From positions 142,014 through 206,013 of the forward strand of contig JAEPMI010000004.1 in assembly GCA_017644045.1 (NCBI GenBank): a DNA stretch of 64,000 nucleotides, written 5' to 3'. Below the pieces are notes generated by a model, which saw only the letters and a list, made by a program, of their open reading frames with translations, was not told where the DNA came from and searched no databases. The stretch is from Deltaproteobacteria bacterium. GTDB lineage: Bacteria > Myxococcota_A > Polyangia > Polyangiales > Houyiibacteriaceae. Position 1 is the first letter of the stretch, and each line of letters starts with the position of its first letter. This document shows positions 44,387 to 51,998 of this stretch, one piece after another. The position numbers were made by a program, and so were the translations under genes.

Positions 44387-44953
44387 TCAGTCGTCTTCGG
44401 GACGACGAGCGACGAGTCGCGCGAGGTGGCGGTCGCCGACCCATCCCTCGCGGTAGTAGACGACCTCGAGGCCCTTGCAGTCCTCGAGCAGCTCGTTCGG
44501 TCGCGCCAGCCAGCGGCGAGACGGCTTCTCGCGCTTCTCGAGGGTCTTGATCGTCGCGAGCTCGGCGACCACCACGCCGCCGGGCGCGATCTGAGCGGCG
44601 ATGACCGGGAAGAGCGCGCGCTGCCGGTAGTGGAAACAGGCGACGAGATGGAAAGGGCCCTCGGGGAAGGGCTCGCGCTCCAAATCCGTCACGACCGTGG
44701 CGATTTGCACCCCTTCGTCCGCGGCTGCCTCACGCGCGAGGGTCAGCCCGACCGGCGAGATGTCGATGGCCGTGACCTCGAAGCCGCGCCGCGCGAGCCA
44801 GATCGAGACCCGTCCGGCGCCCGACGCGATGTCCAGCGCGCGGCCGCCCTCGGGCAGCTCGTCCTGCAATTCCAGGAGCCAGGAGGGGTCTCCGGCGCTC
44901 GGCGCGCCGGCGCGATAACGCGCATCCCACTTCTCGCGATCGGCTTCGCCCAT
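44387..44953 (-). CDS. class I SAM-dependent methyltransferase
   Basis: Internal Met MGEADREKWDARY of ORF 44387..45184. Motif I is ALDIASGAGRVSIWLARRG. Confidence 0.85.
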   Translation of the reverse strand: MGEADREKWDARYRAGAPSAGDPSWLLELQDELPEGGRALDIASGAGRVSIWLARRGFEVTAIDISPVGLTLAREAAADEGVQIATVVTDLEREPFPEGPFHLVACFHYRQRALFPVIAAQIAPGGVVVAELATIKTLEKREKPSRRWLARPNELLEDCKGLEVVYYREGWVGDRHLARLVARRPEDD

Positions 44954-45032
44954 GGAGCCGGACTTTGGGGAATGGGCCCGACGGATGCAACGCTGTTCGT
45001 TGGAACGAGATGTGAATGAAAGGAGGGACGAG

Positions 45033-45110
45033 ATGAATTCGTCCCAACACTCGGGTGCGCTCGCAGGCGCCAGTCTCGTCCTCGCGCACCCCGAAGGGAG
45101 CCGCCGATGA
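45033..45110 (+). CDS. candidate 25-codon upstream ORF / leader peptide (MNSSQHSGALAGASLVLAHPEGSRR)
   Basis: A perfect AAGGAGG (45020-45026) lies 6 nt before ATG 45033. Its TGA stop (45108-45110) overlaps the ATG of gene 45107 (ATGA). Too short for the ORF track. Confidence 0.35.
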   Translation: MNSSQHSGALAGASLVLAHPEGSRR

Positions 45111-45454
45111 CGGTCTCCCATCACCCCGAGCCGGAGGGCAACGTCTTCCGCGCCGAGCCCGACGACATGGCCGTCGAGGTCCACTCCGTCGCGGAGCCGG
45201 TGGCGGTGGTGAAGCGCCGCGACCCCGTGGGGATCGCCCGCTTCGCGCGCTTCCTCCGCGACCGCTTCGGCCGCTTCATGCCCTCGCGGAAGCGGCGACC
45301 GGGCCGCGAACGCATGGTCCAGGCGCTCGTCGAACGCTGCGACCTACCCCGGCGACGGGCTCGATCGCTGGTCAACCGACTGGAGGACAAGGGCCTGCTC
45401 CGCTTCGTCCGGCGAAAGCGCCGACGCAACGGTTTCTTCATCGAGACCGCTTGA
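45107..45454 (+). CDS. small basic hypothetical protein (possible winged-helix)
   Basis: ORF 45107..45454 is GC3-rich. The C-terminal half is Arg-rich (RMVQALVERCDLPRRRARSLVNRLEDKGLLRFVRRKRRRNG). Confidence 0.6.
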   Translation: MTVSHHPEPEGNVFRAEPDDMAVEVHSVAEPVAVVKRRDPVGIARFARFLRDRFGRFMPSRKRRPGRERMVQALVERCDLPRRRARSLVNRLEDKGLLRFVRRKRRRNGFFIETA

Positions 45455-45491
45455 GCGGCCCCCCACGCCCCGGCTGTGCTAAGGCGGGGCC

Positions 45492-47096
45492 GTGGGCAGC
45501 GTGGGCTCCATACTGACCGGGATTTTCTACGCGCTCATCGCGGGCGCGGCGGCGTTCTTCGTCCACAAGGTCCTCTGGTTCGTCCGCTATCGGAAGATCC
45601 AGGAGAAGCTGGTCGCCAAGGCCCTCGAGCGCTTGCGCGAGGAAGCCAACACCACCGTCGTCCGCTGGGACCAGGGCGCGGACGCCAGCTGGTCCGAGGC
45701 GTCGATGCACGGCCAGGGCGCGACGCCCACGGACTACGTGCGCAAGGTCGAAGCGAAGCTCGCCGCCATCGAGGAGGAGCTCGAAGGGAGCCACTCGCCG
45801 ATCCGTCGCCGCTTCGTCCACGCGGTCGCCGGCGAGGCGCTCGACGAGCCCATCGAGGTGTTGTCCGTGCCCCGCCTCAAGGGCGAGCCGGCGAAGGTCA
45901 CGCTGGCCCTCGACTTCAAGCCGATCCCCGATCCCGAGGTGCCGGACGAGTCGATCTTCCAGCTCGAGGTCCGCTCCCGCTACGGCTTCGGTCGACGCCT
46001 CCTCGCGTTCGTCTTCGGTGCCGCCGACGTCGTCTACAGCAGCCAGCACCTGGTGCGCATGTCGCAGGACCCGAAGGTTCCGGCCGGCGTGCTGCTGCGA
46101 CGCATCTCGCTGGTGCTGCTGATCCTGCTCGCGCTCATGGTCGACATGGGCTTCGGCATCCGTCCGCGGCTGCACGACTGGGTCGAGACCAAGCTGATCG
46201 AGTCCGCCGGCATGGAGCCGGGGTTCATGCGCGACGCGCTCTCGAACACCTTCGCCCTCGGCCTCTGGCTGACCGTGTACGGCGCGCTCTACCTCGGCCT
46301 CTACTTCTACCTGCGCTGGCGCTCCGGTCGGTACCTCTCACAGCTCGAGGAGATGCGGCGGACCTTCTCCAACCGCGTCGCCGATCTCCGCGACCAGCAC
46401 CTCGACGAGCTGCAGCGCTGGGCGCACGAGTACGCAGGCACGCTCGACGACGCCGCCGCGCTCACGCGGAACCAGGCGGCGATGCTCGTCCACCGGTCGG
46501 TGCACCGGCTCCGGCGCCGCATCGCGAGCCCACGGCTGCTCGCGCTCGCGAGCGAGGTGGCCGTGTGCTTCTTCGATCGGCTGCCGGAGTCGTCGAAGCA
46601 GCTGCAGGACGTGGCGACCTCGCATCAGCATTCGTGGAAGCACAGCTTCTGGCCGCAGGCGACCGAGATGCGCTACCAGCTCGAGCTCGCGCAGTGGCGA
46701 CACGCCTGGCGAGCGATCGAGGTCTGCCTGAGCACGCTCCGCGGCAAGGACCCCGACCCGGATCTGGCCGACCAGCTCTGGCGATCACTCGTCCGCTACG
46801 CACGGATGTTTCCAAAGATCGTCCCCGAGGATCTCTTCGCCCGTCTGCAGGAGGCCCACGGCGACACCGTGGCGACGCTCGTGGAAGCGACCGAGCAGGA
46901 CCTCCACGAGCTCGACGCGCGCCTGGGTGAGCTCACCGTTGCCCTACAGCACACGGTCGATGCGGTCGGACCGCTCGTCGAATCACGCATCGAGCTCGCC
47001 ATGCGCGGGATGGAAGCGTCGGTCGCCGACCTCACGAGCGAGGTCCTCGCGGTCCGGGAACGAGCCCGCCTCGAGGCGATGGCGTTCGAGATTTAA
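45492..47096 (+). CDS. hypothetical membrane protein (534 aa)
   Basis: ORF 45492..47096 with a GTG start. N-terminal TM ILTGIFYALIAGAAAFFV, central TM cluster, long helical C-terminal region. No family recognised. Confidence 0.75.
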   Translation: MGSVGSILTGIFYALIAGAAAFFVHKVLWFVRYRKIQEKLVAKALERLREEANTTVVRWDQGADASWSEASMHGQGATPTDYVRKVEAKLAAIEEELEGSHSPIRRRFVHAVAGEALDEPIEVLSVPRLKGEPAKVTLALDFKPIPDPEVPDESIFQLEVRSRYGFGRRLLAFVFGAADVVYSSQHLVRMSQDPKVPAGVLLRRISLVLLILLALMVDMGFGIRPRLHDWVETKLIESAGMEPGFMRDALSNTFALGLWLTVYGALYLGLYFYLRWRSGRYLSQLEEMRRTFSNRVADLRDQHLDELQRWAHEYAGTLDDAAALTRNQAAMLVHRSVHRLRRRIASPRLLALASEVAVCFFDRLPESSKQLQDVATSHQHSWKHSFWPQATEMRYQLELAQWRHAWRAIEVCLSTLRGKDPDPDLADQLWRSLVRYARMFPKIVPEDLFARLQEAHGDTVATLVEATEQDLHELDARLGELTVALQHTVDAVGPLVESRIELAMRGMEASVADLTSEVLAVRERARLEAMAFEI

Positions 47097-47112
47097 CCCG
47101 CCTTAACCCGCC
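47093..47112 (+). repeat. perfect tandem direct repeat TTAACCCGCC x2
   Basis: Seen directly. It straddles the TAA stop of gene 45492..47096 and lies about 80 nt upstream of the first MYXO-CTERM small-protein gene. Confidence 0.7.
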
Positions 47113-47192
47113 ACTCGTTCTTCGCTCTCCCCCATCGGTGGTAGGCTCCCGCCTGGCTCTGGGTGGATTCGAGCCGGAACGGAGAGACCAAG

Positions 47193-47681
47193 ATGACTTT
47201 CAAACTACTCGCGAGCTTGGCGTTGGCCATGCTGATCACCCTGTTGATGCCGGCCTCCGAGGCCCTGGCCCGTTGCTGTGGCGCCAGCTGCTGTTTCATC
47301 GATGGCATGTGTCGTACGACCGGCGAGGTGAACCCCGACAACTCGTGCGAGATGTGCGACCCGTCGAGCGCCGGTACGGCCTGGACCACCATCGATGGCT
47401 GCGGCGACGACGCGGGCGCCGGCGACGAAGACGCCGGCATGTCGATGGACGAGGACGCCGGCATGTCGATGCCAGGCGAAGACATGGGCCCTCCCGCGGG
47501 AACCGACATGGGCACCCCGGGAACCGACATGGGCACCCCGTCGGGAACCGACATGGGCACCAGCGGAGGCGACGATGACGGCTCGGACGACGGCGGCTGC
47601 TCCGCCGGCGGCACCGGCGCCTTCGGAGGCCTCTTCGGCCTCCTGCTCCTCGGCCTCCGCCGTAAGAAGGGAATGCAGTGA
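47193..47681 (+). CDS. small Cys-rich secreted protein with MYXO-CTERM anchor, paralog 1
   Basis: Internal ATG of ORF 47163..47681 with GGAGAG upstream. Signal peptide, CCGASCCFIDGMCRTTGEVNPDNSCEMCDPS module, Met/Asp repeats, and tail GGCSAGGTGAFGGLFGLLLLGLRRKK. Confidence 0.8.
   Translation: MTFKLLASLALAMLITLLMPASEALARCCGASCCFIDGMCRTTGEVNPDNSCEMCDPSSAGTAWTTIDGCGDDAGAGDEDAGMSMDEDAGMSMPGEDMGPPAGTDMGTPGTDMGTPSGTDMGTSGGDDDGSDDGGCSAGGTGAFGGLFGLLLLGLRRKKGMQ
47424..47561 (+). repeat. in-frame tandem repeats encoding DEDAGMSM x2 and GTDMGTP x3
   Basis: gacga(a/g)gacgccggcatgtcgatg occurs twice in tandem and ggaaccgacatgggcacc three times, inside gene 47193..47681. Confidence 0.75.
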
Positions 47682-48040
47682 TGAAGCGATTTGGAATCGG
47701 TTTGGCGTTGGCCCTGGGCCTCATGGCGACCAGCGCCAGCGCTCAGGAAGACGTGGGCTCACAGGTCGACCAGATCTGCTGCGGCAGCAACTGCTGCCTC
47801 ATCGGCGGCACGTGCTTCACGAGCGGCGAGGCCAGCCCCGACGACGCCTGCATGGTGTGTGACCCCTCGGGCTCGAACACCAGCTTCACCAACACCTGCG
47901 GCAGCCCCGACATGGGCGGCGGCGATGGTGGAGACGACGGCGACGACGGCGGCTGCTCGGCAGCCGGTGGTCCCGCCGGCGCCTACGGTTTCGCGCTCAT
48001 CGGCGCGGCGCTCGCCTTCGTGCGACGCCGCCGGCGCTGA
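47681..48040 (+). CDS. small Cys-rich secreted protein with MYXO-CTERM anchor, paralog 2
   Basis: ATG 47681 shares 1 nt with the upstream stop (GTG 47678 is also possible). CCGSNCCLIGGTCFTSGEASPDDACMVCDPS module. Tail GGCSAAGGPAGAYGFALIGAALAFVRRRRR. Confidence 0.8.
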   Translation: MKRFGIGLALALGLMATSASAQEDVGSQVDQICCGSNCCLIGGTCFTSGEASPDDACMVCDPSGSNTSFTNTCGSPDMGGGDGGDDGDDGGCSAAGGPAGAYGFALIGAALAFVRRRRR

Positions 48041-49227
48041 GCCAGCAGCAGGACCAAACCGAACGCGCCCTCCGTCAGGGGGGCGCGTTCACGCGTGGAG
48101 ATGGCACACGCGCACCCGCCACCGCCGGTCGACGTCCCGGGAGGCGGCACGCCATCGACCGGCACCTCCACGTCCTCGGCGAGCGCCTCGCGGAAGGCCG
48201 GGCAGACGAGCGCTGCGTCGCTCTCCGCTGGGCACGCTCGGAGCGAGTCGAAGTCCGCGAGGTGGACGATCGGGGCGACGGCCTCGCGGGTGACGTGCGC
48301 GAGGAGCGCCGGATCGCGAGCCGGATCGAGACACGCCGCCAGTGACCCATCGATCGTCACGAGGCATCGGCCGGCCACGTCGTGGGCCCGCTCGAAGGTC
48401 CGACCGTCGGGGCTGAGGTCGAGCCCCTCGAGCCGACTGATCACCCAGAGCCCGTCGTCCGTCCATGCTCCGACCTCGAGCTGCGCGGCGGCGTGGACCT
48501 GCTCGAAGGTCTCGGTCGTCACGTCGAATCGCAGCACGCGCTCCGGCTCCGCCTCGCCATCGAAGTGCCGAACCACGAGGTGGACCTCTCCATCGCGCGC
48601 CGCGAGGAGCGTCGCGGAGTACTCCGTGCCCTCGAGGGCGACTTCGTAGCGGTCGAAGGCGACGCCGTCGTCGGATCGCTCGAGGAACACCTGCGGTGGT
48701 CCCTCGGCGCTGCGCGGGAGGAAGAGCACGCGCCACAGCGTCGACCCATCCATCAAGAGCTGGGCGACGAGGGCGTCGAGGGGATCGCCGACCGACTCCC
48801 ATGGTCCATCGACGGTTCGGTGAAAGAGCTGGTCCGGGGCGGCGACGCGCGTGGCGGCCGCGTAGACGCCACCCTCTGGATCGGTGACCACGTCGACCAC
48901 CCAGCTCTCGGCGAGCGGTCCGGCGGGCTGGGAGAACGTACACCCATCGGTCGATTCGAAGAGCCCATCGAAGGTGCCGAGGACGATCGTCCCCGCGCCA
49001 TCCAGCGCGACCTGCGCATCCTCCTCGTCGGCGTCGACCGCGAACGCAGCGGCGCAGCCCAGGGACCACTCGCCCGCGTCGCGAAAGGCCAGGCCCCAGG
49101 TCGCCCCGAGCACCAGGCTCCCGTCCGCGCGCTGGTGCGCCGTGGTGAGCGCCGCGGGCCGCGCGTGCGCGCGGGCGGAGCTCGCGGTGGATGCCACGAG
49201 AGCGAGCGCCGCGAGGCACCGAGTCAC
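47983..49227 (-). CDS. secreted protein with MYXO-CTERM-like anchor
   Basis: C-terminal 414 aa of ORF 47983..50274. GTG 49227-49225 overlaps the ACAD stop (GTGA) and gives the signal peptide VTRCLAALALVASTASSARA. Tail GGGGCACA...GAFGLVLLLAQRRRRR. Confidence 0.75.
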   Translation of the reverse strand: MTRCLAALALVASTASSARAHARPAALTTAHQRADGSLVLGATWGLAFRDAGEWSLGCAAAFAVDADEEDAQVALDGAGTIVLGTFDGLFESTDGCTFSQPAGPLAESWVVDVVTDPEGGVYAAATRVAAPDQLFHRTVDGPWESVGDPLDALVAQLLMDGSTLWRVLFLPRSAEGPPQVFLERSDDGVAFDRYEVALEGTEYSATLLAARDGEVHLVVRHFDGEAEPERVLRFDVTTETFEQVHAAAQLEVGAWTDDGLWVISRLEGLDLSPDGRTFERAHDVAGRCLVTIDGSLAACLDPARDPALLAHVTREAVAPIVHLADFDSLRACPAESDAALVCPAFREALAEDVEVPVDGVPPPGTSTGGGGCACAISTRERAPLTEGAFGLVLLLAQRRRRRTKASAAPMSAKP

Positions 49228-50450
49228 TTGCCGATGGAACCCAGCTCGAGGCCGTAGCCGCGGAGGATGCGCCGCGCGACCGAGGCCTTGTGCACCTCGT
49301 CCGGGCCGTCGTAGATGCGCGCGCCGCGCTCGTGGCGGAAGAGGTGGCTGAGCGGCGTGTCGTCGGTGATGCCGAGCGCGCCGTGCACCTGGATCGCTCG
49401 GTCGAGCACCGTCTGCAGCACGTTCGCGACGAAGAACTTGATGCACGAGATCTCGGTGCGCGCGGCGTGCACGCCCTTCTGATCGATCGTGTCGGCGACG
49501 TGCTCGACGTAGAGGCGCGCCGCGTCGATCTCGGCCCGGCTCTCCGCGATGAACGCCTGGACCATCTGGCGCGTGCCGAGCGGCTTGCCGGGCGCGACCT
49601 CGCGGCTGACCGCGCGCTTGCACATCATGTCGAGCGCGCGCTCGGCGATGCCGACCCAGCGCATGCAATGGTGGATGCGACCCGGCCCGAGTCGCTTCTG
49701 TGCGATCAGGAAGCCCTGGCCGCGACCGCCGATGATGTTCTCCTTCGGGACGCGGCAGCCCTCGTACTTGATCTCCGAATGGCTCGCCCAACCGCTGCCC
49801 TCGTCGCCCATGATCGAGATGCGGCGCACGTGGTCGAAGCCGGGCGTGTCGGTCGGCACCAGAATCATCGAGGCCCGCGCGTGCGGCGGCCCCTCGGGCT
49901 CGGTCACCGCCATCACGATCGCGAAGTCCGCGCCGTCGGCCGCGGTGGTGAACCACTTGTGACCGTCGATGACCCACTCGTCGCCGTCGAGGACGGCCTT
50001 GGTGTCCATCCAGGTCGGGTTCGATCCGGCGCGACCGGGCTCGGTCATCGAGAAGCAGCTGCGCATCTCGCCCGCCGCGAGCGGGCGAAGCCAGCGGTCC
50101 TTCTGCTCGTCGGTGCCGAGCTCGAGGAGCACCTCCATGTTGCCGGCGTCCGGCGCCTGGCAGCCGAAGACGTAGTGGCCGAGCGTGCTGCGCCCGAGCA
50201 CCGTGCTCAGCTGCGCGTGCGGCCGGAAGGGCAGCCCCATGCCGCCGTACTCCTCCGGCACCTGCGGCGCCCACATGCCCGCGGCCTTCACCTGGTCGCG
50301 GGCCGCCTTCAGCGCGTCCGCGGACCCGGTGAAGCCCTCGTGCATCACCTTCTCTTCGAGTGGGTAGACGAGGCTCTCCATGAGCTCGCCCGCCTTCTCG
50401 AGGAGGCGCTTCATGTCGTCTTCGTTCATCGGCTTGGCGCTGGCGTTCAT
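49224..50450 (-). CDS. acyl-CoA dehydrogenase
   Basis: Internal Met MNASAKPMNEDD of ORF 49224..50666. ACAD blocks CFSMTEPGRAGSNP, DGHKWFTT and IYDGPDEVH. Confidence 0.9.
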   Translation of the reverse strand: MNASAKPMNEDDMKRLLEKAGELMESLVYPLEEKVMHEGFTGSADALKAARDQVKAAGMWAPQVPEEYGGMGLPFRPHAQLSTVLGRSTLGHYVFGCQAPDAGNMEVLLELGTDEQKDRWLRPLAAGEMRSCFSMTEPGRAGSNPTWMDTKAVLDGDEWVIDGHKWFTTAADGADFAIVMAVTEPEGPPHARASMILVPTDTPGFDHVRRISIMGDEGSGWASHSEIKYEGCRVPKENIIGGRGQGFLIAQKRLGPGRIHHCMRWVGIAERALDMMCKRAVSREVAPGKPLGTRQMVQAFIAESRAEIDAARLYVEHVADTIDQKGVHAARTEISCIKFFVANVLQTVLDRAIQVHGALGITDDTPLSHLFRHERGARIYDGPDEVHKASVARRILRGYGLELGSIGK

Positions 50451-50517
50451 CGGCCGCAGCCTACCCCACCCGGCGCCTGGGGTCCGCCACGCGATCGATT
50501 GCGGTATCGTCCGGCCG

Positions 50518-51591
50518 ATGATGAGCTTCCCCGAGCCGCCCGAGAGCACCCGCGAGGTCCGCGAACGCCACCAGTTCGACGAGGCCCAGCTCCTCCAATG
50601 GTGGAAGGAGGCGGTCCAGCCGACCGAGGCCCTGCTGGTGCGCCAGTTCAAGGGTGGCCAGTCCAACCCGACCTTCTGGATTCACGATGGGACCCGCGCG
50701 TGGGTCCTGCGGAAGAAGCCGCCCGGCAAGCTCCTGCCCTCGGCGCACGCCGTCGAGCGCGAGCACCGCATCATGAGCGCGCTCGCCGAGACCGACGTCC
50801 CGGTGCCGGACGTGTCGGCGCTCTGCGAGGACGAGGCGATCATCGGCACGCCCTTCTTCGTGATGGCCTACGTCGAAGGTCGGATCTTCTGGAACGTGCA
50901 GCTCCCGAAGGTCGAGACTCCCGAAGAGCGAACGGCGATCTACGACGAGCTCGCCCGCGTGCTCGCGGCGCTCCACCAGGTCGACCCCGCGAAGGTCGGG
51001 CTCGCGGACTACGGCAAGCAGGGCCGGTACGTCGAGCGCCAGGTCGCGCGCTGGACCAAGCAGTACCGCGCGAGCGAGACCAGCGACATCGCGGCGATGA
51101 ACGCGCTGATCGACTACCTCCCCGCCCACCTCCCGGCGAGCGACGACGTCACGACGCTGGTCCACGGCGACTACCGGATGGACAACATGGTCTTCCACCC
51201 CACCGAGCCGCTCTGTCTCGCGCTCCTCGACTGGGAGCTGTCGACCCTCGGTCACCCGCTCGCGGACGCGGCCTACACCTGCATGCTCTACGACGTGGCG
51301 CTCCCGAACGTCGGTGGGCTCCTCGGTGTGGACTTCGCGAAGACCGGCATCCCGACCGAGGAACGCTTCCTCGAGCGCTACCTCGCGCACGGCGGCCACG
51401 CGCCCGAGGGCGGCGCGAGCGAGTGGGCCTACTTCAAGGCGTTCAGCCTCTTCCGCCTCGCGGCCATCGCGCAGGGCGTCTACAAGCGCAGCCTCCAGGG
51501 CAACGCCTCGAGCGATCAGGCCTCCATGTTCGGGGCCGCGGTCGGCCACCTCGGAGGCATCGCCTGCAAGCTCGTGGGGCTGAAACCGTAG
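50518..51591 (+). CDS. phosphotransferase (APH/choline-kinase-like) family protein
   Basis: Internal Met MMSFPEPP of ORF 50380..51591. FKGGQSNPTF, catalytic HGDYRMDNMVF and the DWE motif. Divergent from the ACAD gene. Confidence 0.88.
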   Translation: MMSFPEPPESTREVRERHQFDEAQLLQWWKEAVQPTEALLVRQFKGGQSNPTFWIHDGTRAWVLRKKPPGKLLPSAHAVEREHRIMSALAETDVPVPDVSALCEDEAIIGTPFFVMAYVEGRIFWNVQLPKVETPEERTAIYDELARVLAALHQVDPAKVGLADYGKQGRYVERQVARWTKQYRASETSDIAAMNALIDYLPAHLPASDDVTTLVHGDYRMDNMVFHPTEPLCLALLDWELSTLGHPLADAAYTCMLYDVALPNVGGLLGVDFAKTGIPTEERFLERYLAHGGHAPEGGASEWAYFKAFSLFRLAAIAQGVYKRSLQGNASSDQASMFGAAVGHLGGIACKLVGLKP

Positions 51592-51897
51592 CTACTGGCA
51601 GCTGACCTGAACGGGCATCGACTCGGCGAGGTTGCACCCGCCGTCGCAGTCGAGCGCGCTGCACGCGTCGTCGGTGCTCTCATAGCAGCACTGGCCGACC
51701 ATCGCGGCGCAGACCTGGTCCGGACCACCGACCCCGGCGATGAAGCCGCCCTCGCAGTGCTCCGGCCCCTCGGTGTCGTCGCCCGCCACGTCCGAGCCCG
51801 CCGAGTCCTCGTTCGAGACCGGCTCGTCCCCGCCCCCGCCGGCACACCCGAACGCGAGCGCACCGACGATCACCACCAACCAAGTCAACTTCGTCAT
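51592..51897 (-). CDS. small Cys-rich lipoprotein
   Basis: Internal Met MTKLTWLVVIVGALAFGC (lipobox) of ORF 51592..51933. Confidence 0.65.
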   Translation of the reverse strand: MTKLTWLVVIVGALAFGCAGGGGDEPVSNEDSAGSDVAGDDTEGPEHCEGGFIAGVGGPDQVCAAMVGQCCYESTDDACSALDCDGGCNLAESMPVQVSCQ

Positions 51898-51998
51898 CCT
51901 CCGTGAATACGGAGCGCGGGGCCTCCACGTCAAGCCCCCGGCTCGTCCTTGACGGTGTCGGGCGGGACGGGAAGGCTCCGTACTCCTTCGGGTTCTCC

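Noticed and set aside
18440-47112. Shared TAACCC core between the 16-bp palindrome (18440) and the TTAACCCGCC direct repeat (47093), considered as one regulon motif.
   Set aside because: A 6-mer of this composition is expected by chance many times in 128 kb of two-strand sequence. The arrangements also differ (inverted versus direct). No basis to link them without genome-wide motif statistics.
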